From Antedon mediterranea (taxonomy: Eukaryota; Animalia; Echinodermata): DNA of 64,000 nucleotides. The notes under the pieces were generated by a model that was not told the origin of the DNA, searched no databases, and was given only the letters and a program-made list of their open reading frames with translations. Where the stretch lies: assembly GCF_964355755.1 (NCBI RefSeq), contig NC_092677.1, forward strand, positions 9,446,101 through 9,510,100, given 5' to 3'. A program made the position numbers and the translations under genes. Shown piece by piece: positions 1 to 14,522 of the stretch (positions within the stretch are counted from its first letter, which is position 1; every line of letters starts with the position of its first letter).

Positions 1-254
1 GATTAGTGACGGAGACACCCACCAAAACAAACCTATTGAATACGTGTACGATTTATACTATGCAGAGAGTTCGGACTTTGATTTTAATACGGAACACATT
101 GTGTTAGGTTTAGATCCGTTAAGTGGGCAAGTGTTGATGAATGAGCAAGATGATGAGGATGTAGGATATGGCAACGATGAAGATGAAGATAGCAATGATG
201 AGAATAATTGGAAAAACGATTATCCTGATGAAGATCCGGATTATTTCAATCAAA
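1..254 (+). CDS. SLC7A6OS: SLC7A6OS / Iwr1-family RNA polymerase II nuclear import protein, penultimate coding exon (5' truncated by window)
   Basis: Open frame from base 2 reads ...EYVYDLYY...DEDEDSNDENNWKNDYPDED, matching the Iwr1/SLC7A6OS motifs (YVYDxY; DSNxENxxxNDYPDE). Donor CAAA|GTAAGG at 255, phase 1. Confidence 0.85.
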
Positions 255-654
255 GTAAGGAAGCTTGGATGGAATGAAATGTGAAAAGACACTGATAATA
301 ATTATAATAATATTTTTAAATAAATTTATATAATGTATATAATAATTTGTATTATTCAGCAAACAACAGTAGCTGATATGTCTTATATTTTGTGTACTGT
401 TTAATAAAAATACCATTATATAAAATAGAATGCAATGATTACAGCATGGACTTAATTACAATAAGGGTATTATGTGGTATTGTCTTTTTCAAGATAGTGG
501 TGTTCAGGGCATGATAAAAAGTAAAATTCTGACAAAGCATAATTGGGAGATCTGGAAGTACACATTTTTTATCCATTCTGTTGAATGTGACTAAAAATGA
601 ATAAATAAGAAATTAAAGTTTGTATCATTAAAAATTTGTTTTAATTATTTTAAG

Positions 655-830
655 GGCATACAGATATGTTTGACGAGTATCTTGATGACTACCGATACGG
701 TGAACTTTCTAGTGACGATGAGTTTAACGAATACTCTGACAACAACCGAAGACACATCTCCAGAAGGATGAACTATAGTGATGAGGTGCAGAATGGAGCA
801 GACAGTGATGAGCTCGAGATGTATGGCTAG
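655..830 (+). CDS. SLC7A6OS: SLC7A6OS terminal coding exon (acidic tail)
   Basis: Acceptor TTTTAAG| at 654 (alternative in-frame TACAG| at 663) is phase-compatible. Open acidic frame HTDMFDEYLDDYRYGELSSDDEF...ELEMYG ends at TAG 828-830. Confidence 0.7.
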
Positions 831-2222
831 GCCAGAAAGAGAAGCAAGAAACCTATTGTGTGCTTATGTACTACTAGGTAGGATCAGGAATATAGTGCCA
901 AAGTTAGGGTGAAAAGATCTTACTAGCACTAGCCTAGCAAATACAGTATAACCTAGGTTAGGAAGTTTAAAAGGTAGGTGAATTTAAACCTTTAAAAGGT
1001 TTTTGAAGGAAATTTAGGCTGGCTCACTCTGCTTGACCCAGCACAACTATGTCCATGAGTATTTAGGGCATAAAGAGATCTAACAATTGACCTGGATTCA
1101 TGAAATTTAGCCTGTGGGCTGGAAGTAAAATTTCCTCTCACATTTTTATTAATGTCGTCGGATAACAATTTTTCCCACTACACAATAAGTGTTCTGAATA
1201 ATAAAGTGAGTACTAACTGTACATGTGAAGGTTGAATAGAATAGAAGCAATAAGCTTGCCTGGAAATTCTATAGTACAACCTATAAAACATTTGCTTCTG
1301 ATAAATCTTTGAATCTGATTCGTAATATTTAACCAATTTTTGGGAAATAAAATAGGCATTACTGGTTAAAAATAGCTATTTCTGATGTGCAAAGCCAGTT
1401 AAATGAACTAGGCACCCTCTCTCCACCCTCAAAACATCTATCAGCCTTGTTACATACATTTCTTTACAGATGATGTAAAAAGAATAATTTTAAAAACATC
1501 GCGAACATTTTTAAAACAATAACATTACAGGACATCTGACAGGTTTTATTGTACTACCGTACCCATGCCATTATTTTTTATACTTTACTACAAAAAGCTT
1601 TCCAAAATATGTTAATAATCCGGTTAAAATTAGTACTTGAAACTAGTTTATAAAAACCATAAAAAAAATTAATTTCAGGGGAAATTTAATGCAATTGATC
1701 ATGACCTAATGACTTGTGGCAGGTTTCAATCCTATTCTTCATCAGTTACTATACCAAGTCTATAATTACTATACCAGAGTGAAATGTACTTCAATTGTTT
1801 ATCTTATTCTTGTGATGTTTTTTTAAAAGTGAGCACCTGGTCATTTTACAATTTTGAATTCCAGGATATTTTTTTTGGCTAGTTGTATACTGCATCTTTT
1901 CTTTTTATTTGAATCAAATGCACTTAATTCTTAGAAATTGGAATTTGTTTTGTACAAATTTTTGTACAGAAAAAAAAAGTTGCTTTGTTTTTTTATTATT
2001 CAAAGATCACAATGAACATAGATGAAAAAGACAACAATGGCAAACTAAAAGTTGAACAAATTTGATATGCTTTTCTGTCCAGATCCATGGATTTTAGCAA
2101 TAGGTGTGCTAGTTGCATACACTACAATAACAATTTCTCACCACCAAAATTGTAATTAGTGTATTATAATCTGTCACTATAAGCCAATAGTCGCTTGCCT
2201 TTTTAAAGACTTATAATAAATG

Positions 2223-2288
2223 ATATTGATACATGTGGTATAGGAATTTCCTTTATATTGATACATGTGGTATAGGAATTTCCTTTAT
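2223..2288. repeat. Perfect 32-bp tandem duplication
   Basis: ATATTGATACATGTGGTATAGGAATTTCCTTT present twice head-to-tail. Confidence 0.9.
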
Positions 2289-4110
2289 TAGTTCAAGAAT
2301 ATTTTAAGCCACGGTTCTACCATGAAATTATCATCAAACGAAAGATGAACGCAGGACCAAACACAGCTGAACGCGATGGTGCACGTATTGTAGTAGAACA
2401 CTGTAGTTAAAACTTACATAAACTTTAATAGTAGTTGCTGTTAGCTATACTACAGTATATCATCTATGTTTCATAAGATAACAGTGTTACATAAACTAAT
2501 ATATTGGGTGCATATTTTGAGATTTACAAAATATTTTTGCTTAGTTTCTCATACCCATCTCAAATACCTGTAGATTAAAATAAAAAAATGAATATATATT
2601 ATAATTCAGATATATATTTTCGGTGAATTATTATTAAATTATTGTTAATTCTATTTTTCTTCATGTGTTGTCATAGCCTAATGTGTTTGAAATTATAAAT
2701 ATTTTCTTAAAAATATGTATAAACTTATTTTCCAATCAATGTTCAATGTTAATATGAATTATGAAAATGTAATTAAATTGCATTAACAATTAGTAATTTT
2801 TCCATAGATCTTTATAATAATGTTTGTGAACAGTTTGTACATATAAGATCTGTGTTGGGACTGAAGCCCAGGGGAAGCATATCAATTTCAATCAAGCTTA
2901 TGGTATATAGTGGGCCAATACGTGTGTGCATTATGTTGCACCAATGGACGGTCATGTTTGAAAAGTCTGCTTGTCCAGGTAACATAATTTCTAATAACTG
3001 CCCCTTCTTCTTTAAATGTCTGTATTTATTAATTATTCACATTGACCTTTGACACACTCCATCTTTGTAATTAATTTAATAGTCTGCCAATTTTCAAATT
3101 AATTAATTTTTTTAATTAAAAATGTGCAATCGCCAACCATTCCAGACTAAATATTTCATTAAAATTAAAAATATTCTTGGTTTTGTAATGTACGTTTACG
3201 ATGAAGTAGTTCCTACTGTAGCACTAAAATATCACTAAAATAATACTTTATGAGCAGTTAATAGAAATAGCAATTAGTATAATAATAAAAAGATTACAAA
3301 AGCTGTTAAAACTATTGAAATAAGCATTCCTTTAAAACATACAATTAAATTGTAATAAGTAGCATGTTTTACTAATTGTTCATGCAGTCCAAATGAATGT
3401 AGTTAGTATTTAATATTTTAAATTATGTTGCATAACGATAGCCAGGATTGTTCTTTTCCCCTCAAAAGTGTAAGTGATCAAGGAAAGAAGTGAGGTTTGT
3501 GGGGGAATGGTGGAATTAGGGGCTTACTAGTTAGTTTGGTTAATGAAATTTGCCTGCTGGCTACGCTGCGTATAGGATTGCCATACGACGAGCTAGGCAT
3601 GTTTACTTGTTTACACTTTCACTGCTTGTCTGTCCCTATACTTGTGTAAAAAGAACACTTCAGGATGTAGCGAACCTTATGAACATCACAGGCTACGAAA
3701 AAGCAATAAATACTAAAGACGAATGAAGGTCTGAAGGAGGAAGAAAGGGAGAAACAAGCCTGCCAAGGTTGAGCCTTATTTCTGTTTACATTCATTAATT
3801 TACTCTCATCTTCTATAAGCATCTTAAACTATGTACTAATACGGTGTAATTTATTTGAGAATAAATACTGTTTTAAGAAATGTCTGTTTTGTCCTAATTA
3901 CTTATATTTTATGGATTCTGTATTAACAGTACAGGTGTTAACCTGTTTACTTAGGTTTAGGTTAATTTTTATTCAAAATAACATTTATTTTTGTTTAAAT
4001 TGTCTACGTTTAAAAATTAAATAAAAGAACAAGTATTAATATATTTTAAAATTAAAAGTTTTTATTTATCTTAACAATATCCCTCCCCATTTCTCCCACC
4101 CCACTCTCCT

Positions 4111-5049
4111 TACCCTTCTATACTATTATACATCCTTCTATATACTATTATATACCCTTCTATACTATTATATACCCTTCTATACTATTATATACCCTTC
4201 TATACTATTATATACCCTTCTATACACTATTATATACCCTTCTATACACTTTTATATACCCTTCTATATACTATTATATAGCCTTCTATACTATTATATA
4301 GCCTTCTATACTATTATATAGCCTTCTATATACTATTATATACCCTTCTATATACTATTATATAGCCTTCTATACTATTATATAGCCTTCTATACTATTA
4401 TATAGCCTTCTATATACTATTATATACCCTTCTATATACTATTATATACCCTTCTATATACTATTATATACCCTTCTATATACTATTATATACCCTTCTA
4501 TACTATTATATACCCTTCTATACTATTATATACCCTTCTATACTATTATATACCCTTCTATACTATTATATACCCTTCTATACTATTATATACCCTTCTA
4601 TACTATACCCTTCTATACTATACCCTTCTATACTATAGCCTTCTATACTATAGCCTTCTATATACTATTATATAGCCTTCTATATACTATTATATAGCCT
4701 TCTATATACTATTATATAGCCTTCTATATACTATTATATAGCCTTCTATACTATTATATACCCTTCTATACTATTATATACCCTTCTATATACTATTATA
4801 TACCCTTCTATATACTATTATATACCCTTCTATATACTATTATATAGCCTTCTATACTATTATATACCCTTCTATACTATTATATACCCTTCTATATACT
4901 ATTATATACCCTTCTATATACTATTATATACCCTTCTATATACTATTAATTTATATACCCTTCTATGCTATTATACACCCTTCCATATACTATTAAATAC
5001 CCTTCTATACTATTATGATAAATACCCTTCTATATACTATCATATACCC
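4111..5049. repeat. Minisatellite, 20-22-bp unit TA(C/G)CCTTCTA(TA)TACTATTATA
   Basis: Dozens of tandem units visible, including shortened 14-bp variants near 4590-4660. Confidence 0.95.
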
Positions 5050-7924
5050 ATGCTAAAAACATTTGTATTGAATACTTAATTTACTTAAGCACAATCAAAG
5101 TGGGACCAAAGCAGGAACATGACGCTTAATACTGTATAACCTATATCCTCTATTCTATACACAAAGGTATTTAGGTTACTGTACCATTTTATTTATGAAG
5201 GACACCCTCTATTGGCCAAACTGTATTTCAAACTTAATTTTGGCTTATAAGTTCATATTTCTACTGATTTCTCAACTGATTTTAACTATTTAAATTTTCA
5301 TTTTTTTTTCCAATAAGTTTATTTAATTTGAGAAGTTTCAATTCAATATTAAGTACCTTAACTGATAAGTATATTGTTGCATTAAGCTTAGTGCGACTTC
5401 CTATCAATCTCATTCTGGTCTCAATTTTCCCGCCTTGTTCGTTAAGTAGCTTTCAGCTTAAACACTCTTCCGCACTGTTCTTTTAATTTCCTGCAACCAC
5501 CTCCGCTTAAAAAACAACCAACATAAAGACATTCTTTGATTAAATTTTTTTATTATCTGGTTTCGGGTCTTAAGTTAAGCCTTCTAAAATAGAATTCAAT
5601 AGCATAGTGCTAGATGTTCTGAGAACTTAATTTACATGTTTTTCATGTTTTGGTTCGATTGTTTTTATTAGTTAACATTTTATTATTTGAAGAATAAAAA
5701 TGATAATACCGTATATAGAACAATCAATTTTCAAATCCTAGAATTAAGAAACTTTTAAAATTGACCTTTTACCCTAATTTAGTTAGATGTCTACATTATC
5801 TATTTAATATTGCTATTATATTGTTTGTCTTAAAAAATTATATTATAATGTGATGTATGTAATATTGTTTCTCGTATATGAAATATGGATTAAAAATACT
5901 TAATTTCCCAAGCCACCAGACATGTCTAAAATTAGTGCCCCGTCTCCTGATTTTTTTTTCCCTTTTAACATCAACAGTAAAAGGTGTAACAAGTTCAACC
6001 ATAATGTTTTACCATCAATATCATATAGTCTTTGGAAGTCATTAGACCATGATTGATTAGAGCTGGTAGCTTGAGATAGGGAATGGATTGTCTGCTTCCG
6101 TTTTCCGTTTTCGGGCTGGCGCAGATGCTTACACTCATAATCAACAAGCCAAATCCATTTTAGGAAATTTTCACATTGGCAGACGGCCAAAGTAGTTAGA
6201 CAAAGTCTGTTGACTGAACTTTATTCATAATTTTCTGCGGGGAAAAAATGGGTTATGTCGTACCTGGTTTTAGTAGAAAAGCGGTTCATGGAAAGTGTTT
6301 GAATCCAGGATGCGCCATTTACGAATAATAAATATAGATTGTACTAAATTTTACAATATCAGTTGATGCGTTATCGCTGTAATCCTATATATATTGCGTA
6401 CGTCGGTTTAAGAACATATAGATATTTTTAGACAAAACTTAGAAATAAACAAGGTTTACAGTGAAAATTACCATTTTCATCTCATTCTACAATTTACTAA
6501 AGGATGACATAATAATGACAAATGCAAATAAATTGTAATTTTCTACTACACAATTTAACATGCTTAAATCTAAATTTAAATCTAATCTTGTACCTGAATG
6601 TTCAAATCAAATTATTACCGTTATGGCCGAGTATAGTCCCAAGTTGCCTGAGGTATGAAATTTTGCGAAACCTAGATGGTTAGATTGTATTCATTGCATT
6701 GCATTAAGAATAGATCTACTAAAGTTCCGAATTTAGCCTAGAATAGGGGGTTATATATAGCCTGAATAGTTATTATAATCCGTCATACGATATTATCATC
6801 ATTGTCGTGCTTATTTAATACTGTAGAACCGGTTTAAGAAGTAACTAAATATGTTATCTTACCTTGAGTTACTTATAGAGTAGAACTCTATCTTGGATAA
6901 ACACTTGGTGAACATCTCATCAATTGTTATAATCCACTTATCATCCTAGATCCAAACTCACTTTTGTTGATAACTATTCATTTTTGTGAAGTCACATCTA
7001 CAAAGTTCTTTCCTGAATCCTTACAGGCAACAATCGTCGCAAGAGGGCGAAAGTCTTTAAAAAAGCCTTACGATAACTTCCTATAATTAATTTCATGCCT
7101 ATAGGGACACAAACTAATATAGCTTTTTTTCAAGTCTCAATTGGTTACAAAATATTTGTAAGATGTCGCCACAAAAAAAGTTTCTGAAATTTTTTCTTAT
7201 AGATATATTGCTGTTTTCATTTCTGTAAAATCTGTAATTTGGTTTTTGAATTTGAGGTAAATCTAGAAAAATTGGGAAATTTAGAGATATAAAAACTGTG
7301 TTTTATAAAATTTTCTAAAATAATAAGTACATGGTCCAGATTAACCGATAATTTATAATATTTAACAGAAAATTATTATTTTAGTATTTGATTTGTAGTG
7401 TATAATACACTTTTGTTCTATAATTGTTTTTAATAATCTTCAATCAAGAATACTGTATGATTACATAAGAAAACAATTGGACAGTGCAACTTCTGGCTCA
7501 GGTAAAAATAAAAAACAGACCCAGAATCCAGTATGGGAATGGGAATTTATGAATTCTTAAAATAGTTTGAAACATGCTTTTTTCATAAAAATTAATTTTT
7601 ACTTATCTTATACAATTTTATTGAATATTTTCCATAAACGTAGTAGTGAAAAATCGACAAATATATTTGAAAAAACCTACATTTTTGGTGAAAATACGGA
7701 CAGAAGATTTTTTGGCTGTTTTCCTCATTTTATTCCTATACAGTTTAATATTACGTATTTCAGATTGTAATTAGATTAAACATATTCAATATTCACAGTA
7801 TGTTTTATAATATCATTTTGTTAAAATATCTTTAATAGAAAAAAAAACATTTCTTATATTCAGAACACATTCATGTTAAACTTAACAACACAGGTTTTGA
7901 AGACATCAATTTCCACAACAAATT

Positions 7925-8400
7925 GAGGCATTTTTTACAATCTTTATTTATTAGTACAGTAGACTATGTATAGTAGGATATTGGTCTATTTAACTAAACT
8001 TCGCCTTGTTAAATAACTCCGTCCATATTCCATCTCAAAAAAACAAATTTTAATTATCAATTGTTAATTATCTTTAAAAAAAAAACTTATATTTCAACAG
8101 AAGATGGAGGGATTTTTTTACAATCTTCATTCAGTTCCGTATGTAGTGTAGGATATTGGTCTATTTAACTAAACTCTGCCTTGTTAACAATCCATATTCC
8201 ATCTCAAAATAAGCAATTATAATTATTATTTGTTTATTATCCTAAAAAACCAACTTATATTTACACAGAAGATGGAGAAATGTTTTTACATTATCTTTAT
8301 TTAGTACATTATGTATTCTAGGATTGGTCTATTTAACTCTGCTTCATTAAATAGTGCAGTCGATATTCCATCTCAAGAAAATTGTATAAATCATTATTTG
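7925..8400. repeat. Diverged tandem triplication, period ~174 bp
   Basis: TAGGATATTGGTCTATTTAACT...CATATTCCATCTCAA recurs at ~7973, ~8147 and ~8319. Confidence 0.75.
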
Positions 8401-10494
8401 TATATTATCCTAAGGGTTTGAAATACACATTGCATATGGTCATTAACCCAACAGGATATCCCCAGGACCCAACTTTCAATAAAGATGCGATATCTTTTCA
8501 ATTCATGAATTCACCGCATTTAAGCACCGTATTTGAATATCCTTTGACCTTCTTGCCGTTGATATTTCATTAACTTCCCAGACTAATTAAATACAATCAT
8601 TGTCAGATTATTACCATTATACAAACAAATTTCGTCATTAAGGACCCAAAACGTTTTGATTTACAACACCTGCATGCATTGTTGGAATAAATTTAATTTT
8701 GTTTATAATTAAAATTTAATTTTCAGTTGTGATAGCTTTGATCTATTCACTTTTGAAAGGATGTTAAATTTATTGATAGTGTTTTTAAGTAGGTAAAATG
8801 TGCCATAACAGGACATATTTTGCTGGATTGGATTCAATTTGTATTAGCCTGTTTGGCTAGAAGCTTATAATAGCCCATGCTAGCCCGAACTGAACACTTA
8901 ACAACAGTGTCTACTAAGCTCAATATTATTTTGTTTGAATGAGACACTGGTGCTGATGTTTCAGTAAACTCATTTAAAGATGTATTGCTCACCAAAAGTT
9001 TTCGCTTATAAAAAGACACAATAAATGGTTAAACTCAACCAAAAACCCATTGACATCCAGTCAATTTGAATATTTTTTGCTTTAAATTACAGTTTTCCGG
9101 GTAACAATTTTTTTCCCGATCTAATTTTTGGTCAAAGTGAGTAACTATTATGTGACATTAAAAAATTATTTTTCAGGGAACAATATACCTTTAAGCCAAG
9201 ACACGTAGACTGGTATTTGTTGGCCTTGGTACTAATGTTTGCATCCTCTGCCATAACCACTGTAGCATATTGAATACAGCAGAGGTAAAAGTACTCCTTC
9301 TGGATTTAAGAATGTGTTTTCTTGATAAGTTTAAATATACATCTCGTACTCATTCTCTCCAGCATCCAATGATAGACTGACATTTCTTCCTATCCTGCAT
9401 TTAAACATTCTTCAGCAATGTAGCCTGTATTCTTTTGTTGCAAACCATATTTTAGCAAACCGCTGTATAATAAATCAGGAACATCCGTATCAAGGTAAAC
9501 TTTGTTTGGTCCTGAAAATGTCCCTTTAATAGTGATAAAATTACTAGTGAATCTGTTACTAATCTTTAATTATCAATATCGGAAGATAATATTTCTTTAA
9601 AAAACGTTTTAATTAAATAATTTTTTTTATACTTCTGATTGATCTTTGACCTATTGAGCAAAATACCTGATTTTATTTCCTTTTGTGTATTTACTCATTT
9701 GTGTAAATCTGCGTGTCATTTCAAACAGTTTTCGTTATTTGTTATCGTTATCGATACGTGATTGCAGTTTAGTTCTGCTTTCGATAGATTTGTTTGCTGA
9801 TAATTATTAAAAATAGTTAATTGTACTTCCTGTTTCATCTCTTTCAAGTACTTCTTGCCTACATAAAGAATATATAATAAAGTTTTTATCTTAATTAGAT
9901 GTATTGTTCAACTAAAAAATGAAGATGAATAACCCATATTTTGCATACTTTAGCTCATTTTATAGTTTAAATAAAGTTATTCACTTTTGCCTAAAAAAAA
10001 ATAATGATTTTTCCAATAAAAAAGACAAAATATAAATATATATATAATAAATATAAACATAAAAGCCATTGAATTCCATCCAGGCAATATGCTATTAACT
10101 TTTTGACTGTGAAAATAATACTTTTTTTTTTCGCTCGAATTTTTGGGTTAAGTGAATAATTAATGTGAAATTAAAATGACCTATTCAACAATGTTTAAAG
10201 GGGAATATCTTAAGTAATTGAATCATGTACAGTATGTGTATAATTTTCTTCTATGTTCATAAACTGTTTATGTTGGTATTGTTTCAATTATCTTTGTTTT
10301 TTGGTGTGATATGCCTATATAACATGAACATACAAACAAAAGAAAATCTGCTAATGTCATTTTATTTAAAATTTATTTCTTTAAAAATGTATTTATACAG
10401 CATAAAAACATATAAGGTATAGATATTATACCTTTTAGAGCAATAGATTGAAACATTCATAAATAGACATTAAAACAAAACAAAATGAAAACAG

Positions 10495-10603
10495 TTTTTT
10501 AAAACATATGATGAATTATGAAGAACTTGTTCACACTAACTTTAGTTTTTTTAAACATATGATGAATTATGAAGAACTTGTTCACACTAACTTTAGTTTT
10601 TTT
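10495..10603. repeat. ~52-bp tandem duplication
   Basis: AAACATATGATGAATTATGAAGAACTTGTTCACACTAACTTTAGTTTTTT twice. Confidence 0.85.
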
Positions 10604-10632
10604 ATTGTGGCAAATATATCAAAATGTGTACT

Positions 10633-10767
10633 TTAGCTGTGCACTACACTTTTTTTGACAAAAAATGTGATGTGCCCATATATGTACATGATGATCACTA
10701 TCACTACCATATTTGGGTATATCACATTTTTTTGTCAAACTAGTTTTATATTATAGACAGATCTTTA
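10633..10767. mobile_element. MITE (family A), diverged
   Basis: Inverted arms TGACAAAAAATGTGATGTGCCCA ... TGGGTATATCACATTTTTTTGTCA; homologous reverse copy at 18783-18926. Confidence 0.65.
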
Positions 10768-11309
10768 GTTAAAGTACAGAAGTAGCTGTTGAATACAAAA
10801 AATGTAGAATAGGACATTTTATATTAATGTTGATTTTGACAAGTTTGTCAACAGCGGAAATAGGTTTTAATGTATTTTAAAAAATGTTTTTGATATGAAA
10901 ATTAACATAATGAATATTTATGAACAAACTTAAAAACTTATTGTAAATTGTATTTATAACCATTTAAATGTTAGAATTTAATGTTAGAATTAATGATCAG
11001 ATAAAGTATATAATCATATTGTTTTTATCAAGGCGATTTAAGACAGCAATGTATTTTTAAACCATGGTAAGTATAATTTTTATTATTATTATCATCATCA
11101 TTAATTTGGATTTAATTAATTTATTATTATTTTACTAATGTTCTCACTTTATTTATATTACATTTTCATTTGTTTAATTTAAACTGTGTTCAATATTTTG
11201 TGATTTTTAAAAATAAATTAAAACTAAACATAAGCTGATTTAATGAGTTGCACCATTTATACCCTCTCTGTAGTTGCACAATTATCTTAGTTCAGACATC
11301 TGTGTTGCA

Positions 11310-12085
11310 CCATCCACACACCCACTGGTTGCAACCTAGACATCCACTGGTTGAAACCTAGACATCCACTGGTTGAAACCTAGACTTCCACTGGTTGAAA
11401 CCTGGACATCCACACATCCACTGGTTGCAACCTACACATCCACTGGTTGCAACCTGGACAATCACTGGTTGCAACCTAGGCATCCACACATCCACTGGTT
11501 GCAACCTTTCACACATCCACCGGTTGCAACAAGGACATCCACTGGTTGCAACCCAGACATCCACTGGCGGCAACCCAGACATCCACTGGCTGCAACCTAG
11601 ACATTGCAACTTCCACATTGGTCTCATCTCTCTGGTAGGAACGTTGGGCACCAGTCTCTGGTTGCAACTTTAGGCATCAGTCTCTCTGGTTGCAATTTTG
11701 GGCATCAGTCTCTGTGGTTGAAACCTAAACATCGGTCTCTATGGTTGCAACCTAGACATAGCCTCTCTGGTTGCAACCTAGGCATCAGTCTCTTTGGTTG
11801 CAACCTAGACATCAGTCTCTCTGGTTGCAACCTAGACATAGCCTCTCTGGTTGCAACCTTGGCATCAGTCTCTCTGGTTGCAACCTAGACATAGTCTCTC
11901 TGGTTGCAACCTAGACATAGTCTCTCTGGTTGCAACCTAAACATCAGTCTCTATGGTTGCAACCTAGACATCAGTCTCTCTGGTTGCAATCTAGACATCA
12001 GTCTCTCTGGTTAACACCTAGACATAGTCTCTCTGGTTAACACCTAGACATAGTCTCTCTCGTTGCATCTTGCACATCAGTCTCT
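11310..12085. repeat. Bipartite minisatellite around palindrome GGTTGCAACC (22/28-bp units, then 26/27-bp units)
   Basis: CTGGTTGCAACCTAGACATCCA units up to ~11605, then CTGGTTGCAACCTAGACAT(C)AGTCTCT units. The overlapping ORFs here are repeat translations. Confidence 0.9.
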
Positions 12086-14522
12086 TTAACCCGTCTCTGA
12101 TTTTCAACCACAGTGTCATACGTCATTCATTGCCATTCTAGTTATTTATCTGGTAACGAACATTGACATCACCCTTATTCATTATCCCCTATCACCCCTC
12201 CTATAACCCCTCCTATAACCTACATGCCATAGCAGCATTTTTGCCTTTTGGAGATATTGTATTTACAGTATGAAGTACTGTACTTAACCAGAGCATGATA
12301 CAAGGTATAGCGCCCTCATGTCTTATACTAATTTTACTGAAATCAGCGCCACACAACGTTATACCGTTATATTATTATTATATTATTATTATATTCAGAC
12401 GTTTTTTTACACGAATTAGTTACTAATTTGCTTTACTGTTATATTATTGTCAGTTTACACACTTTGTCAAAAAATCTGCGTACATGTTTAGTTTTTTGCA
12501 TTCTTACCAATTCGTTAAGCTAATCTAGAAGTTGCAGATTTCATGCACACACGTTATTCATTTATGCGCTTATTTTCATCATTACCACCATCCCCACCCG
12601 TCCTCCTTACATACAATTAATGACTATACAACCCCCCCCCCCTTTTTTTTTTTGTTCTTTACAAACATCAAATCAAACGATCTAAACACATTTCTGTCAA
12701 ACTCCAGTTTTCTTTCGGTTGCAATAAAAAAAAAATACTTACTACTCCATGATTTGCATGAGGGACTAATTCTCTAGAAATTGAGAGTTATTATTGATAA
12801 TTAACGACGTAAATTGCTTAATTTCTCGGAATTTTTTATTTGATGCTGCCGACTGGGGTAACTATTGTTATGAATATAACAGTTGTCAAGGAGAATTTGT
12901 TTTTTGTCACTACAGATCACTGCGTTTTTTCTGAAACAGGTGCTGTTTTTGCGTCAACTACCAATTTCTATTTTTATCCTCCGTCCGCCGTAATCCAGTC
13001 TAAACAAGGGGTATATACTATGCTGCTATATTTTTAAAAGGTGTTTTAAACAAATATTGCGATCGTACACATTTAATTTGCTTCAATCGAACGAACCAAG
13101 GCATAAACCATAGCCATATCGGTACAGGCTCTCATCGACCATAGTTTTGGTAGTTTCAGATAAGGACTTACAACCAGAGGTTGCACTAAACCAAATCCAA
13201 TCCATCTTTAGTGGGGGAAGGGGGGGGGGGGTATAACCCTGTGTTCTAGTTTGCATGTTCCCTTGCTATAAGCTCAAACGTTACTGCGGTGGTGCACTAA
13301 CGACGAATAACCTTTGAATCGAGCCTCAATATATACATTTTGGTTTTTTAAAACATACAAAAAGACCACCATAACACGCGTTATACTCCGATCGTACATT
13401 TAGCTCCACCCAACGTAAACGGGCCTAACATTTGTTAATGAGAAGCAATACTGAAAGAAACGAACGCGAATCGATTTAATCTAAACTTCATCTCTCCTCG
13501 CGATTTATTTTCGAAGTGGTCTTTAATTTAGTCGTCCATTTTCAACACTTATTTTTTTTTAATATTGCGGAATTTTTGTTCAGAATCACTTTCCCGGGGA
13601 CGTTTGTCACTTCAATTCGTGTTCCTTTAATACAGTACTCAGTCAGATTTCCAGCTATCGCTTTACCATGAATTTCCGATAATAAGTTGTTACAGATTCT
13701 TGTTAAAATAATTGAAACTAAAAAAAAAAACATCCGATTCTGAAAATATTTTTATTTATACCGTGGTGCAGTGGTGCTTTTTTTTTTAATTCGCAGATTT
13801 CGTCGTAGGCCTACTCGTATTTCGTGGACAATTTTGTAATACAACAGTGTCACATGTATCACCTGTACCGTAAACCTAGACAGGTGTGTGTATACCATGA
13901 GTATATGACTACTTACAGAGATATCACATTCTAAAGTTTTGGCTGTTAAAATATTGGTGTTTTGAGGAAAAAATGTGTTTAAAAAAGTTAAATAAGCCGA
14001 GGGGTATTCTAATTGTTGTATTTAAATGAAACTTGAATGAAACGCAATTTTTAAAAATTAAAACAACCCATTTGAAAACTTTTAATTTAATCATAAAACA
14101 TGATAGGTTTTATGAAAATCATACGGCAATGTTAAATTTCTGCATTTATTAGTCTCAAAATATAAAAAAGCAACTAATGTTTTCCGTTTAAAAAAAAAAT
14201 GTAATTTTTCAGCCTTTGATTGTTTTTGGCTGTCTATGCAAACCCATTCGACTTATGTCTGATTTTGCTTGAATGTGCCACGTGTGTATGTAACACAAAA
14301 TTGTAATTGTAAGATATGGTATAGGGTAAAAGGTATTTATATTTGTCCTCAAGATACAGACAGGTAGGCTTAATTGGGATTTTTTTTCTTGAGTCTGAAT
14401 GTTACATTTCTATACCATTTTAAATACACACTATAGTTTGATAACAAAATAATAACATAATCCTGTTGGTGCAGTACCCGCTGCTTACTTGGGCTCAAAT
14501 CTAACCACTAGCCATCAGCGCA

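Noticed and set aside
5400-7085. Minus-strand exon-like segments and a 96-aa ORF
   Set aside because: Stops in all frames and no identifiable motif; too weak to call.
11358-11888. Cys/His/Trp-rich repeat ORFs
   Set aside because: Open frames in several phases and on both strands of a minisatellite.
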